A DNA stretch of 64,000 bases from a virus. Shown one piece after another: positions 47,704 through 57,780 of this stretch (the stretch's first letter is position 1; each line of letters starts with the position of its first letter). A model generated the notes under the pieces. It saw only the letters and a list, made by a program, of their open reading frames with translations, was not told the origin of the DNA and made no database searches. The stretch lies in the IMG/VR virus record IMGVR_UViG_3300027963_004416, positions 1 to 64,000 of that record; one strand, 5' to 3'. The position numbers and the translations under genes were made by a program.

Positions 47704-47754
47704 CCGAACCGGCGCTCTATCTAAATACCTTAGTGTAGAGCATAGGTAGGTAGC

Positions 47755-48474
47755 ATGTCGGCTAAATCAGATCAGTACGAAAAAGACGTAGCATCATATA
47801 TTAATAGCATCCCTGGGATTAAGGCTACTCGGCCACCTGGGGATACTGGCTATTCTGATGTCTTGATCTACTACAAGAACAAAAAAGAATGGCTAGAAGT
47901 CAAGATGAATCACACCGACAATCTAGCAAACCCGCGCATGTTCTATTCTGATGGTAGATGGAAAGCATCTTATAGTACACCATCAGCGACAGCAGCCGTT
48001 AATATCTTAAATTCTTCATCACAAACTAAAAAGTTTGTTGAAGACTTGGCTATGTTTGCAAAAATACCTCTTAAAGAAATAAAAATTCCAACTACAAAAG
48101 GTGGTCTGAAAGAACCCGGTGCGGTGCCTCTCAGCGTAATGAAAGCATACTTTGATCAGCCAGGCAAGAATCGGTACATTGCTAGTAAAGAAAGCAATCT
48201 AGGATCTGTAGTTATTAATCACTACACCAAAGGTAAAAAAAGTCCTGCATACTATATGCAGGCCGGTGATGATTTTTTTCTTATCTCTAATGCCGATCCT
48301 TTGGGAATTGGTCAAGGAGTTCCGCAGCTGAAAGGCACGGGTGAATTTAAAGTTCGCGTGTCGACTCGTTCAGAATTCTATGAAGTACAGGCTGAAATTA
48401 AGATCATAAATATGGGTACTAGTAAATACTCACTCAAGCCCGGTACAAAAAAATTGAACCCGTTTCTAAGATGA
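47755..48474 (+). CDS. PD-(D/E)xK nuclease-like hypothetical protein
   Basis: YE...SDV-x9-LEVK; CTAAATA late-promoter variant upstream. Confidence 0.55.
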   Translation: MSAKSDQYEKDVASYINSIPGIKATRPPGDTGYSDVLIYYKNKKEWLEVKMNHTDNLANPRMFYSDGRWKASYSTPSATAAVNILNSSSQTKKFVEDLAMFAKIPLKEIKIPTTKGGLKEPGAVPLSVMKAYFDQPGKNRYIASKESNLGSVVINHYTKGKKSPAYYMQAGDDFFLISNADPLGIGQGVPQLKGTGEFKVRVSTRSEFYEVQAEIKIINMGTSKYSLKPGTKKLNPFLR

Positions 48475-49664
48475 TCACATTTAAAAATTTCCTTACCGAA
48501 GCCGTTTCGGATGAATCGAAGCTAACTCACCTTGAGCATGCTGAAGATCATGTTATAAATGCCGGGAAAAAGGCTTCGGCGCATGCCTATCATAATCTTA
48601 CTGACGTGCATGATAAGCTTAAAGGCAAGCACAACAGCACAACAGTTACTACTAAGTATGACGGTTCACCTTCTATTGTGTTTGGACATCACCCTGAAAC
48701 GGGTAAGTTCTTTGTTGGTTCAAAATCAGTTTTTAATAAGTCACCAAAAATTAACTACTCAAATGAAGACATCGATAAGAACCATGGTCATGCACCGGGG
48801 CTTGCCGAGAAGTTAAAAACTGCATTGAAGCACCTTCCTAAAGTGACGCCTAAGCATGGCGTCTTTCAAGGGGATGTGATGCATTCTGGCGTCAAGTCAA
48901 AATCTACCCCTCACGGTGATGTTGAAGAACATGGCGGCAAGTTTCACTTCAAGCCAAATACAATCTCTTATTCTACAAAGACCGGATCAGAAGAAGGTAG
49001 GAAGATTGCTAAGTCAAAGTTTGGTGTTGCGGTTCATACTGCATATCATGGTTCAGACTTAGAGAACATGAAAGCACATTATAACGCTGATACATCTCAC
49101 TTTAAAGAGCATCCCGATGTTCATGTGATATCAACACATCACGACTTTAGTAAATCACATTATCCAAAAGAAGAGCAAGATAAGTTCGAGCATCATATTA
49201 AAGCTGCTGTAAAAGCTTTTCACGACTCACCAAAAGATTTTCACAAAGCTATTGAACCACACACAGAGCATTTAAAGACTTATATTAATAAGACTGTACG
49301 GGAAGGCACTAAACCTACAGTCGCCGGCTATAAGCAGCATCTAAAAGATCATTTTACTAAAGAGATTGGTAAAGTCAAAACATCAGCTGCTATAGAGAAG
49401 AAGAAAGGTGTTATGGATCAACACCTTGCTCACGTAGATAAGCACCCGGGACATTTTCAAAGCACACTTAACATGCATAAGCATTCAGCCGCTGCTAAGG
49501 ATGTTCTTGTTCACGCTATGTCAAAAGATCCTAAGTTTGAACATCACATTGGTGGTCAAGCTGCTAAGCCAGAAGGCTTTGTATCCGTTAGAGGTAACCG
49601 ACCAACTAAATTAGTAGATAGAAGCGAGTTCAGTAGAGCTAACTTCCTTGCAAGGGAAAGATAA
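48471..49664 (+). CDS. Conserved T4-like protein with ligase-type nucleotidyltransferase motifs; His-rich, CTS-like start
   Basis: HLEHAED, TTKYDGSP (KxDG), FQGD, EGFV, KLVDR..FS..NF. Confidence 0.7.
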   Translation: MITFKNFLTEAVSDESKLTHLEHAEDHVINAGKKASAHAYHNLTDVHDKLKGKHNSTTVTTKYDGSPSIVFGHHPETGKFFVGSKSVFNKSPKINYSNEDIDKNHGHAPGLAEKLKTALKHLPKVTPKHGVFQGDVMHSGVKSKSTPHGDVEEHGGKFHFKPNTISYSTKTGSEEGRKIAKSKFGVAVHTAYHGSDLENMKAHYNADTSHFKEHPDVHVISTHHDFSKSHYPKEEQDKFEHHIKAAVKAFHDSPKDFHKAIEPHTEHLKTYINKTVREGTKPTVAGYKQHLKDHFTKEIGKVKTSAAIEKKKGVMDQHLAHVDKHPGHFQSTLNMHKHSAAAKDVLVHAMSKDPKFEHHIGGQAAKPEGFVSVRGNRPTKLVDRSEFSRANFLARER

Positions 49665-49691
49665 TGGCGCCTGGCTTGAGCAACTATAAGG

Positions 49692-49699
49692 TATAAATA
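49692..49699 (+). promoter_or_regulatory. Late promoter TATAAATA
   Basis: Exact consensus upstream of the cytidyltransferase-like gene. Confidence 0.8.
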
Positions 49700-49742
49700 C
49701 CTTTACGGATAAGTCTACGGAAAACTCCGATAAGGATAAAAT

Positions 49743-51470
49743 ATGGCATTAGATGATCAAGTTACGTCATTCCCTAACAAGGGAAAGAAGGTAAAGGTAC
49801 CTTCTACAAAAAAAGACAAGATAGTAGTCAACCCAAAAGTGGTTGACACTAACATTAATGAAGAGAAAGACTCTACAGCTGTCATGGCCTTTGGTAGGTT
49901 TAATCCACCTACAGTTGGTCATGAGAAGCTAATTCATAAAGTCGCACAAATTGCTAAAGAGCATGGCGGTACAGCTCATGTCATAGCAAGTCATAGCGAA
50001 AACAAACCAAAAGATCCTCTACCTCAAGATAAGAAGATTCAACATCTCAAGAAGGTAGCTCCCTCCTCAGTTCATGTCAGCGGCTCTTCTAAAGAAGCAC
50101 CGTCGTTCCTGCATGCCGCTAAGAAACTTCACGAAGCCGGTCATAAGCATCTAGTCATGGTTGCAGGTAGTGATAGAGTTAATGAATATAAAGAAAGACT
50201 CAATCACTACAATGGTAAGGAAGGTCACTATAACTTTAAATCTATTAAAGTAGTTTCATCTGGTGAGAGAGACCCGGACGCTGAAGGTGTTGAAGGTATG
50301 TCAGGTACCAAGATGAGAGCTCATGCAAGAGCTGGTGAAATGGATAAATTTAAATCTGGGCTTCCTAAAGCACTACACTCACACGCTAATGAAATAGCAA
50401 ACCATATTAGATCTGTTAAAGAAGAATTAGATCTTAATGAATCGTTTAAGGCAAGATTTTCTTCAAATATTACATTTGAACACTTTAATAAAATCTATGA
50501 TTTTGTAGAAGACTACAAGCCTTCCAATCAAGGTGTTAATTCACTCTTTAAAAAATCTTCTGAATATAACATTCCTCTTAAGACAATAGTTGAGGTCTAT
50601 CAAAGAGGAGTAGAAGACTGGGTTAAATCTATGCCTGAAGATAAAACAGCGCAGCAATGGGCATTTGCTAGAGTTAATTCCTTTATTAATGGTGGAAAGG
50701 CTCTTGAAGAGGATACTGACTTATTTGAAAGTCTAAAGGATGCTTCTGACAATCCATGCTGGAAAGGATACAAGCCGGTAGGTACTAAGAAGAAAAACGG
50801 AAAAGAAGTTCCTAATTGCGTGCCTGAGGAGAGAAATATGGATCTTAATCGAGAATTTAGTCGGGCCTTTCAACTGCAAGAAGGACAAGCAGACTCTAAG
50901 CCCAGACCAGGTGCTTATGAAGTAGCTATTCATCATGGCCAGACAGATGAAAAACTAAGACACTACAAGATTAAGCATGCAGAATCAGTTTTCCATGCAC
51001 AAAATATTGCTGGCAAGATAGCTAAAAAAGATCCAGAATTAAAGTGGTATAAGGTTAAGGTTGTAAGTAAGCCTGACCTCAAAGAAGACGTAGAACAGAT
51101 TGATGAGATATCAACTAGTACTAGAATGAGATATGTTGCTAAAGCGGCTACATCAACTCACGAACCAAAAGATAATGAGTCTCAATCTCAGTATCTAGAA
51201 AGACTCCATAAGAGAATGAGTGGAATTAAGAAGGCTCTATCTAAGGTATCTCCAGCTTCTAGATTTCAGAAAGAAGCCGTACAAATACCCGACAATACAG
51301 TGAGACATCTTAAGAAGGTTACTAAGCAGCTGGATAAATCAGTTAAAACGCATCACCAGCAAAGCGTACTGCTTAAAAAACTTGTTAATGCAGACACACC
51401 GGATATAAAAGAGAACAGAAACTGTGGTTGTGGTCAAACTCCGTGCAAGACCTACGGGGCTGTAAAATGA
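49743..51470 (+). CDS. HIGH-superfamily cytidyltransferase-like multidomain virion protein
   Basis: FGRFNPPTVGHEKL, AGSDR, GMSGTKMR; later QWAFARVNSF and CWKGY...VPNCVP modules. Confidence 0.8.
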   Translation: MALDDQVTSFPNKGKKVKVPSTKKDKIVVNPKVVDTNINEEKDSTAVMAFGRFNPPTVGHEKLIHKVAQIAKEHGGTAHVIASHSENKPKDPLPQDKKIQHLKKVAPSSVHVSGSSKEAPSFLHAAKKLHEAGHKHLVMVAGSDRVNEYKERLNHYNGKEGHYNFKSIKVVSSGERDPDAEGVEGMSGTKMRAHARAGEMDKFKSGLPKALHSHANEIANHIRSVKEELDLNESFKARFSSNITFEHFNKIYDFVEDYKPSNQGVNSLFKKSSEYNIPLKTIVEVYQRGVEDWVKSMPEDKTAQQWAFARVNSFINGGKALEEDTDLFESLKDASDNPCWKGYKPVGTKKKNGKEVPNCVPEERNMDLNREFSRAFQLQEGQADSKPRPGAYEVAIHHGQTDEKLRHYKIKHAESVFHAQNIAGKIAKKDPELKWYKVKVVSKPDLKEDVEQIDEISTSTRMRYVAKAATSTHEPKDNESQSQYLERLHKRMSGIKKALSKVSPASRFQKEAVQIPDNTVRHLKKVTKQLDKSVKTHHQQSVLLKKLVNADTPDIKENRNCGCGQTPCKTYGAVK

Positions 51471-51658
51471 TCTCCTTTAAACTTTTCTCAGAAAACTTTA
51501 TGAACGGTAAGAATCCAGAAGATAAAGGTGACATGGCTAGGCATGGTCTTAAAGGAAAGTCGATTACTCAGCTAAAGAAAATTCGCTCATCAAATTCTGC
51601 ATCACCAAGAACAAAACAGCTTGCTCACTGGTATATTAATATGCATAAGAAAGACTAA
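51467..51658 (+). CDS. Small basic CTS-bearing protein
   Basis: MISFKLFSE start; AHW..NM end. Confidence 0.6.
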   Translation: MISFKLFSENFMNGKNPEDKGDMARHGLKGKSITQLKKIRSSNSASPRTKQLAHWYINMHKKD

Positions 51659-51659
51659 C

Positions 51660-51953
51660 ATGCTAACTTTTAAAGAATTTATTTTAGAGTCTGCGGCTTG
51701 GCAAAGAAAAGAAGGTAAGAGCCCTACCGGTGGTCTTAATCAAAAAGGTATTGCAAGTTACAGAAGAGAGAATCCAGGTAGTAAGCTTTCTATGGCAGTA
51801 ACTACAAAGCCTTCTAAGCTTAAAAAAGGTAGTAAAGCTTATAACAGACGCAAGTCGTTTTGTGCTAGAATGGGTGGAGCAAGAGGTCCTATGAAGGATG
51901 AAAAAGGTCACCCGACGCGCAAGGCTCTTGCATTAAGAAAGTGGAATTGCTAA
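51660..51953 (+). CDS. Small basic CTS-bearing protein
   Basis: MLTFKEFILE; GGLN.KG, RRKSFCARM, ALRKWNC. Confidence 0.7.
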   Translation: MLTFKEFILESAAWQRKEGKSPTGGLNQKGIASYRRENPGSKLSMAVTTKPSKLKKGSKAYNRRKSFCARMGGARGPMKDEKGHPTRKALALRKWNC

Positions 51954-52378
51954 TGAAAACATTTTTACAGCACCTAATTGAGAAAGAAACAAGCTGCCCT
52001 GCTGCCACTTTTGATCTTTCGCTTAATTTAGAAAATAGACAGCGAGCTATTGATGAGTACGGGTATGGACCTTTAAACCCTATGGAGCCATCGAATGAGT
52101 TTTGGAGTGCTAAAGCAAAGATGTGGAAGGTCGCTCCTGAATATGCAAAAACAGCTAGATGTGGCAATTGCGCTGCATTTAATATAACAGACAAGATGCG
52201 TGAGTGTATAGTAAATGGTCGTGCTGATAAAGACGATGCTGGAGAAGTAGATAATTTTGAATCTACAGTAGATAAAGCTGATCTAGGGTATTGTAATATA
52301 CTTCATTTTAAGTGCGCCGGTACAAGAACATGCGATGCATGGCTTACCAACGGGCCGTTAGATAACAAGGATGTATGA
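51953..52378 (+). CDS. Cys-rich hypothetical protein, CTS-like start
   Basis: MKTFLQHLIE; RCGNCAAF, GYC..LHFKCA..RTC.AW. Confidence 0.65.
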   Translation: MKTFLQHLIEKETSCPAATFDLSLNLENRQRAIDEYGYGPLNPMEPSNEFWSAKAKMWKVAPEYAKTARCGNCAAFNITDKMRECIVNGRADKDDAGEVDNFESTVDKADLGYCNILHFKCAGTRTCDAWLTNGPLDNKDV

Positions 52379-52827
52379 TGGATGAATTAGTTAATCAAAT
52401 GAACAAGCTTTTAGCTGATGCGTTTACGCTCTATCTTAAGGCTCATTACTATCACTGGAACGTTGAGGGTAGCAACTTTCCTCAATATCATGAGTTCCTT
52501 GGTGAGCTCTATGAAGAGATTTTTGGATCGGTTGATAATATAGCAGAACACATCAGAGCATTGAATGCCTATGCTCCTGGCACCCTTACTAGATTTAAAG
52601 AGTTAACAAGCATCACTGAAACTATATCGGTCCCTTCGGCAGAAGCTATGTTTCTGGACTTGTTTAATCAGAATAAGCAATACCTGGGTATGCTAATGAC
52701 CGTGTATGTTCTTGCAGACAGATTCAATGAATTAGGCTTAGCTAATTTCTTACAGGATAGAATGGCAGCTCATAAGAAACATGAATGGATGCTTCGCTCT
52801 ATTCTTAAAAAGGCAGAAAATGAATAA
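52375..52827 (+). CDS. dps: Dps-family ferritin-like protein
   Basis: KAHYYHWNVEG..F..YH...ELYEE....D..AEHIR, H.K..WML. Confidence 0.9.
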   Translation: MMDELVNQMNKLLADAFTLYLKAHYYHWNVEGSNFPQYHEFLGELYEEIFGSVDNIAEHIRALNAYAPGTLTRFKELTSITETISVPSAEAMFLDLFNQNKQYLGMLMTVYVLADRFNELGLANFLQDRMAAHKKHEWMLRSILKKAENE

Positions 52828-53449
52828 GTATAAATCACTGATATCAGTGTATAGAGACTCTCAAAAAGGTCTTATTGAGACTAGTTCAAGGGCATCGCTT
52901 GTAAATTCTATTAAGAGAGTAATCTTAGGTGAGCAGCCGCATTATATAGAAAAGCATGTTAAGGATCAAATAGTAGCTGGTACATACCATACCAAAAACT
53001 TCGAGCAAGCACCTAAAGCGCAGATTCTCTACACCAAGCTACCTAAAGACACTCCCCCAGATGTTGCGGAAAAAGCTGCCATATTTCAAGATCAACTATT
53101 TGCTATAGAAAAACAAGTTCTTGCTACTAGCAGAGCCACTCCTGAAGATGTTGAGAGTGCACGCGTACTGGTAGATAAAATTATGCACATGGCAAGTATG
53201 ATGAACCTTAAAGATGAGCATTCATATGTTAATGATAGCTTTGCAAAGATACAAAAATACGCTTCTCAAGATTCAAATGTCGTTGATCAAAACAAGTTAG
53301 ATCTTAACAAAGAGGTCGAGCGTAGATTCGGTGTACCTCCCTATGAAGAAACACCTGAAAGACGTGATATGGACATCGACAATTCTAAGTTTTTGCTAAG
53401 TAGAAATTTAAAAGCTCAACGCAAGTTAAAAATTATTGATAACGACTAG
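52820..53449 (+). CDS. Hypothetical protein
   Basis: Coupled ORF in late block. Confidence 0.6.
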   Translation: MNKYKSLISVYRDSQKGLIETSSRASLVNSIKRVILGEQPHYIEKHVKDQIVAGTYHTKNFEQAPKAQILYTKLPKDTPPDVAEKAAIFQDQLFAIEKQVLATSRATPEDVESARVLVDKIMHMASMMNLKDEHSYVNDSFAKIQKYASQDSNVVDQNKLDLNKEVERRFGVPPYEETPERRDMDIDNSKFLLSRNLKAQRKLKIIDND

Positions 53450-53458
53450 GAGACAGAA

Positions 53459-54694
53459 ATGTTATTTAAAGGCCCAAAATCATTGTTAGACTCGATTACA
53501 AATGTAATCAAAGAAGAAAGAGTTCAGTACGCTAAAGAGCAAGCTGAAATGGATAAGCTTGTAGCAGAAAAAATGCTTTCACCAAAGCAAAAGAAGATTG
53601 CTAAGGTCGCCGGAGATCCAGATAAGATGGATGCTGCTGATTTTGCTGCTCTTCGTTCAGGTAAGAAGATGAATAGTGAAGGCTATAATGCCAAGAGAGA
53701 GCATGAGCTAAACATGGATGCAGCTCAAAGACATATGGATCGCAGAGCAGCTGAAGGCGAAGACATGACTGGTGCTAAAATTCATCCTAAGACATATGAA
53801 ATTATTATGCCTAAGAGTAATACTAAGAAAATGGCCAAAGAAGAAGTAGAGCAAGTTCAGGAAGGAGACCCTTCGTACTACAAAGGAAAGAGCACCACTG
53901 GTAATGCTTTACCACCTCCAGGTTCTTTTGCAGACAGAAAGCGAACTGGCAATACTTTTTTGAAGGGATTTAAGTCCAATCCGCAGCCAATCAAGCCCTA
54001 CGTAGCCCCTAAAAGCAAAAATGAAGAAATTGAGCATCTGGACGAACTCTCCGTAGATTTACTTAAAAGAGCTCGTGATAAAGCAGAAAGAATTTCTGGC
54101 GATTCACTTGGTAAAAATCCAATAAAGATGAAAGCATATCAGCGCCAAGCAGACACATTTACTGATGCACTTCACAAGAAATATAAGGCACAATTGTCAT
54201 CTGGTAAAAGAAAGTATGTTGAAGAATACGAACATATTGATGAAACTTTAGGTGCAACTTCAAGTAAATATGGTCCTGGCTTAGATGTTCCTAGCTTAGG
54301 AAAAGAAGAATTGAAAAAAAAATACTTGGATGCCGATACTCGCACTAGATATACTTTAGGTAAAGCTCCTGAAAATCATACTGATGCATTAAAAGGATTA
54401 GCAAAAATAAACAAACGCGGTGAAATAGCTAACAAAGTTCGTCAGAGTCTTAAAAATGAAGCTACTGATACTCCTGGAAACGGTCGCGAGCATCAATGCG
54501 CTATTCATGTTAAGAATGAGCAATTCGGTGAAGGTAAGACTCTTACAACACAACATGCTGAGCCTGATGAGAACGGGGATATTGCTTGGTATGATGTCAT
54601 GTTCGATCATGGTATTGAGCGCGTAATGACTGAAGATCTTGATATTTTAGTTTCAGAAGCTCATGTTCACAATAAGCCAAAGAAGGGAATGTAA
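53459..54694 (+). CDS. Mosaic head-internal-type protein
   Basis: AGGAG RBS; repeated (K/N)EEVEQ/IEH.DE linkers resembling prohead protease sites. Confidence 0.6.
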   Translation: MLFKGPKSLLDSITNVIKEERVQYAKEQAEMDKLVAEKMLSPKQKKIAKVAGDPDKMDAADFAALRSGKKMNSEGYNAKREHELNMDAAQRHMDRRAAEGEDMTGAKIHPKTYEIIMPKSNTKKMAKEEVEQVQEGDPSYYKGKSTTGNALPPPGSFADRKRTGNTFLKGFKSNPQPIKPYVAPKSKNEEIEHLDELSVDLLKRARDKAERISGDSLGKNPIKMKAYQRQADTFTDALHKKYKAQLSSGKRKYVEEYEHIDETLGATSSKYGPGLDVPSLGKEELKKKYLDADTRTRYTLGKAPENHTDALKGLAKINKRGEIANKVRQSLKNEATDTPGNGREHQCAIHVKNEQFGEGKTLTTQHAEPDENGDIAWYDVMFDHGIERVMTEDLDILVSEAHVHNKPKKGM

Positions 54695-54696
54695 TT

Positions 54697-55248
54697 ATGG
54701 ATAAGCCACCATTCGAACCTGATAATAATCCTAAAAAGATAGCTGTTGCTGGTAAAAAAGGCTATGGAGCATCGGCAGCAGCCCACTTAGCTAAACAAGG
54801 TATGCAGAGTGTGATGAAGAAAAAAGAAGAAAAGAATATGAAAGAAGAAAGACAACTCCTTACCTTAAGACAGATTTTAGAGGGCCGCGGCCGTCCCCGC
54901 AAGAACCCAGATGATCCTAAATGGCAAAAGAAACCAGCTGCTGCGGCCAAAGGTAACGATGATCATGATGAAGAAGATCATGGACCGGCTAGGCCAGATA
55001 GCCCTCACCTTAATACTGAGCCGGATAAGCATATTTCAGTACAGCTAAAAGTAGCTCATGATATGAAAGATGAAAAAGGTGGATCTGATGTTAAATTTGC
55101 AAATGGCAAAACACACTTCGTCAAGCACGATGTAGCTGGTAAAGTACTACACGCTCTTGATAAGCTTAAGCCCGCCGACAGAGCAAAAGTACATGATCAT
55201 ATGGCACAGTCTCATGAAAATCTAATGGCGGTCCATAAGGTGCTCTAA
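54697..55248 (+). CDS. Basic protein with AT-hook-like motif
   Basis: GRGRPRK. Confidence 0.6.
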   Translation: MDKPPFEPDNNPKKIAVAGKKGYGASAAAHLAKQGMQSVMKKKEEKNMKEERQLLTLRQILEGRGRPRKNPDDPKWQKKPAAAAKGNDDHDEEDHGPARPDSPHLNTEPDKHISVQLKVAHDMKDEKGGSDVKFANGKTHFVKHDVAGKVLHALDKLKPADRAKVHDHMAQSHENLMAVHKVL

Positions 55249-55619
55249 TGCCATTAATAGTAGGCGGTCAAAAAACACAACCTGAAAAACCAAAGGCACC
55301 CATAGAAAAGTCTATAAGTTTTTCTGAACTTAGAGCTTCTTTAAAACCTAGAGAAGAAGTGCAAGAAACTATAGAAGTGCAAAAAACACAACCTGAAAAA
55401 CCAAAGGCACCCATAGAAAAGTCTATAAGTTTTTCTGAACTTAGAGCTTCTTTAAAACCTAGAGAAGAAGTGCAAGAAACTATAGAAGTGCAAGAAACTA
55501 TAATAGAAGCAGTAAAAGAAACTGAGCTTTTACCACCGCCGCATGCTACAATTAAAGAGCAGATAGAAAAGAACAAGCATTCAGATTTTCTACTTGACAT
55601 GTTTACTTTAGACGAATAA
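55248..55619 (+). CDS. Hypothetical protein with 37-aa internal duplication
   Basis: QKTQPEKPKAP...IEV twice. Confidence 0.55.
   Translation: MPLIVGGQKTQPEKPKAPIEKSISFSELRASLKPREEVQETIEVQKTQPEKPKAPIEKSISFSELRASLKPREEVQETIEVQETIIEAVKETELLPPPHATIKEQIEKNKHSDFLLDMFTLDE
55269..55490 (+). repeat. Perfect 111-bp tandem duplication
   Basis: 55269-55379 repeated at 55380-55490. Confidence 0.9.
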
Positions 55620-55651
55620 TAAATAACTAAGTTAAAACAAGGAGAAGTAAA

Positions 55652-56491
55652 ATGGGTACACAATGGGGTAAATCAGACGCTGCTTCTAACAGCGTTATTT
55701 GGGCGCCAACAAGCGTTAAGCTTTCGCCCAATACAACAAATAGAAATAACCTATATTCTAATGTAACTCCAGATGCTTTCATTACAGGTGTTACTGAAGG
55801 TATGTTTGCTGTAGATGCAACCGAATCAGCAGTTGGATCAGGCAATGTTGCTCAGATTACTGTAACATTTGCTGGATCTGGATACACTGGAAACGCTACA
55901 GTATCATTCTCAGGTGGTGGTGGCTCATCTGCCTCCGCTAACGCATTTGCTAATCTATCAATCGGAAAGATTACGACAGTTAATATTACAGCAGCTGGTT
56001 CAAGCTACGAAACAAATCCAACCGTTGCAATATCAGCTCCAACAGCTATAACATTTAATGCGCTATCAGCTGTTTCAAACACCAATGATACCATTGCACT
56101 TACGACTGCTAATAGCAAATTTGTTGTTGGAGATAGACTTACATACACAGTAGCAGCTGGTAATACGGCTGTTGGTGGGCTAACAACAGGTACACAGTAT
56201 TACGTTGTTGCAGCTAATACAACAACTATTAAGCTCTCGAGCACCGCATCCGGTAGCGCAATCGATCTAACAGCTGGCGTTACTGAGACAGGTCATAGTC
56301 TCACAGGCGAAACTGCTACTGCTACTGCTGTGGTCGGTGGAGCTCAAAACAAGGGTGTTCAGCATGCCGGTTGGGTTCTACGTACAGTAGGAACTGGTGG
56401 TCGCGCAGGCCGTGTTCAATACGAAACCTTGGTTGCTATGGGATCGATAGCTACTGATAGTTCTGATGATTCAATACTACCTGACGCATAA
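55652..56491 (+). CDS. Virion structural protein (T/A/G-rich beta repeats)
   Basis: WGKSD start, GSGYT repeats, HAGWV...GRAGRVQYETLVAM; AATAAATA upstream. Confidence 0.7.
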   Translation: MGTQWGKSDAASNSVIWAPTSVKLSPNTTNRNNLYSNVTPDAFITGVTEGMFAVDATESAVGSGNVAQITVTFAGSGYTGNATVSFSGGGGSSASANAFANLSIGKITTVNITAAGSSYETNPTVAISAPTAITFNALSAVSNTNDTIALTTANSKFVVGDRLTYTVAAGNTAVGGLTTGTQYYVVAANTTTIKLSSTASGSAIDLTAGVTETGHSLTGETATATAVVGGAQNKGVQHAGWVLRTVGTGGRAGRVQYETLVAMGSIATDSSDDSILPDA

Positions 56492-56886
56492 TGACTGATA
56501 GAGCTAAAAAAGTATCAGAGCTCACTGCTCTTACTAATGCCACCGCGGATGATCTACTATTAATTATAGATGATCCCGGTGGTACTCCTGAGTCAAAGAA
56601 GATAACCATTGCTAATTTCTTTGGCAATGTTTCTACTAATGCAGTTTTTAAGAATACTTTAACTGTTAACGGTTCAATTACGTTAGCAGGTAATACAACA
56701 ATTAACAAGCCAGTTACGCTTTCTAATACTGCTACTGTAACAGGTAAATTAGTATTATCTGTAGCAGCTCCAACCTCTAATACAGACACAGGTACAGCCG
56801 GTGAGATAAGAATAGATTCTAACTCTCTGTATGTTTGTATTAATACTAACTCATGGAAGAAAGTAGACTTAACTGACTTTACTTAG
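56491..56886 (+). CDS. Virion/fibre-associated small protein
   Basis: KVSELTAL...DDLLLIID...SKKIT; G.AGEI..D...LYVC...N.WK. Confidence 0.6.
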   Translation: MTDRAKKVSELTALTNATADDLLLIIDDPGGTPESKKITIANFFGNVSTNAVFKNTLTVNGSITLAGNTTINKPVTLSNTATVTGKLVLSVAAPTSNTDTGTAGEIRIDSNSLYVCINTNSWKKVDLTDFT

Positions 56887-56887
56887 T

Positions 56888-57283
56888 ATGCATATTGAAA
56901 AATTAGATGAGTCCAACTTTTTATTATACGCTGCAAAACATTACGATAACCCGTCATGTTTTGACACTATAGAATTTTATGAAGATCTTAATAGGTTCAA
57001 GTATATAAAAAGACTCTTTAGTAGATACGAAGAAACAGGCGAGCTTAAAGAAAGACTGATTTTAAATCATATAATTATACTTTATAATTTATTTGGTACC
57101 GTTGCTGCTACTAGAATGCTATTCTTAAAGTTAAAAGGCCATTATCATCTATTAAAGCCGTTTTTAGTCTTTTTAGAGTACTGCCCTGATAAAGTAGATA
57201 GAATAGGAATAGAAGGAACTAATGTTATTACATCTGATATTGTTATGGATGAAAGTGTAGTCTACGCTCTAAGGAAAATTTAA
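56888..57283 (+). CDS. Conserved T4-like hypothetical
   Basis: YAAKHYDNP.C...EF.EDL.RFKYIKRL...LILNHII.LYN.FG. Confidence 0.75.
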   Translation: MHIEKLDESNFLLYAAKHYDNPSCFDTIEFYEDLNRFKYIKRLFSRYEETGELKERLILNHIIILYNLFGTVAATRMLFLKLKGHYHLLKPFLVFLEYCPDKVDRIGIEGTNVITSDIVMDESVVYALRKI

Positions 57284-57780
57284 TGTCATCTAGACCGCTT
57301 GATCTGCTTTATACCTATCAGTTCTTAAAAAGACTTGCTACTCCTTTTAAGGAGTGGGATGCCTTTAAGCTCGGTATTATTGACGAAGATGGTAAAGTTC
57401 TTAGAAAGAGTTCTACTTTAAAGACTGTAGAAGAAAAAAATGCCTGGGGTAATTTTGATAGGTTAGTTGCTAATTTGAAAAAGCTATTAGGCAAATTACC
57501 CTTAGGTAAAACAAGACTAGCATCATACGCTGCGGCATTGCTTTTACTAAAAGAGTCCAATAATAAAGAGTTAGAAAGATTAGATGAAGAAGAGCTTAGT
57601 CTTGCGGTTAATAAATTGTTTGAGAAGGTATATTACAGCTTAGAAGAAGATATTGCAAATGTAGCTGGTGCGGGTAATATAGCTGGGATTGGTATTGGAC
57701 CGCAGGGTGAGCCTCCAAAGAAAAAGAAAACTCTAGTGATAAAGAATGTTATTAAACGAAAGGCGCCTGTAAATGTATAA
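57283..57780 (+). CDS. Conserved T4-like hypothetical
   Basis: TPF..W.AFKLGIID..G, LV.NLKKLL, SYAAAL.LLKE. Confidence 0.75.
   Translation: MSSRPLDLLYTYQFLKRLATPFKEWDAFKLGIIDEDGKVLRKSSTLKTVEEKNAWGNFDRLVANLKKLLGKLPLGKTRLASYAAALLLLKESNNKELERLDEEELSLAVNKLFEKVYYSLEEDIANVAGAGNIAGIGIGPQGEPPKKKKTLVIKNVIKRKAPVNV

Noticed and set aside
47713-47740. GCTCTA/TAGAGC hairpin around CTAAATA as a T4-style translational block
   Set aside because: The stem is only 6 bp and does not clearly cover the SD.
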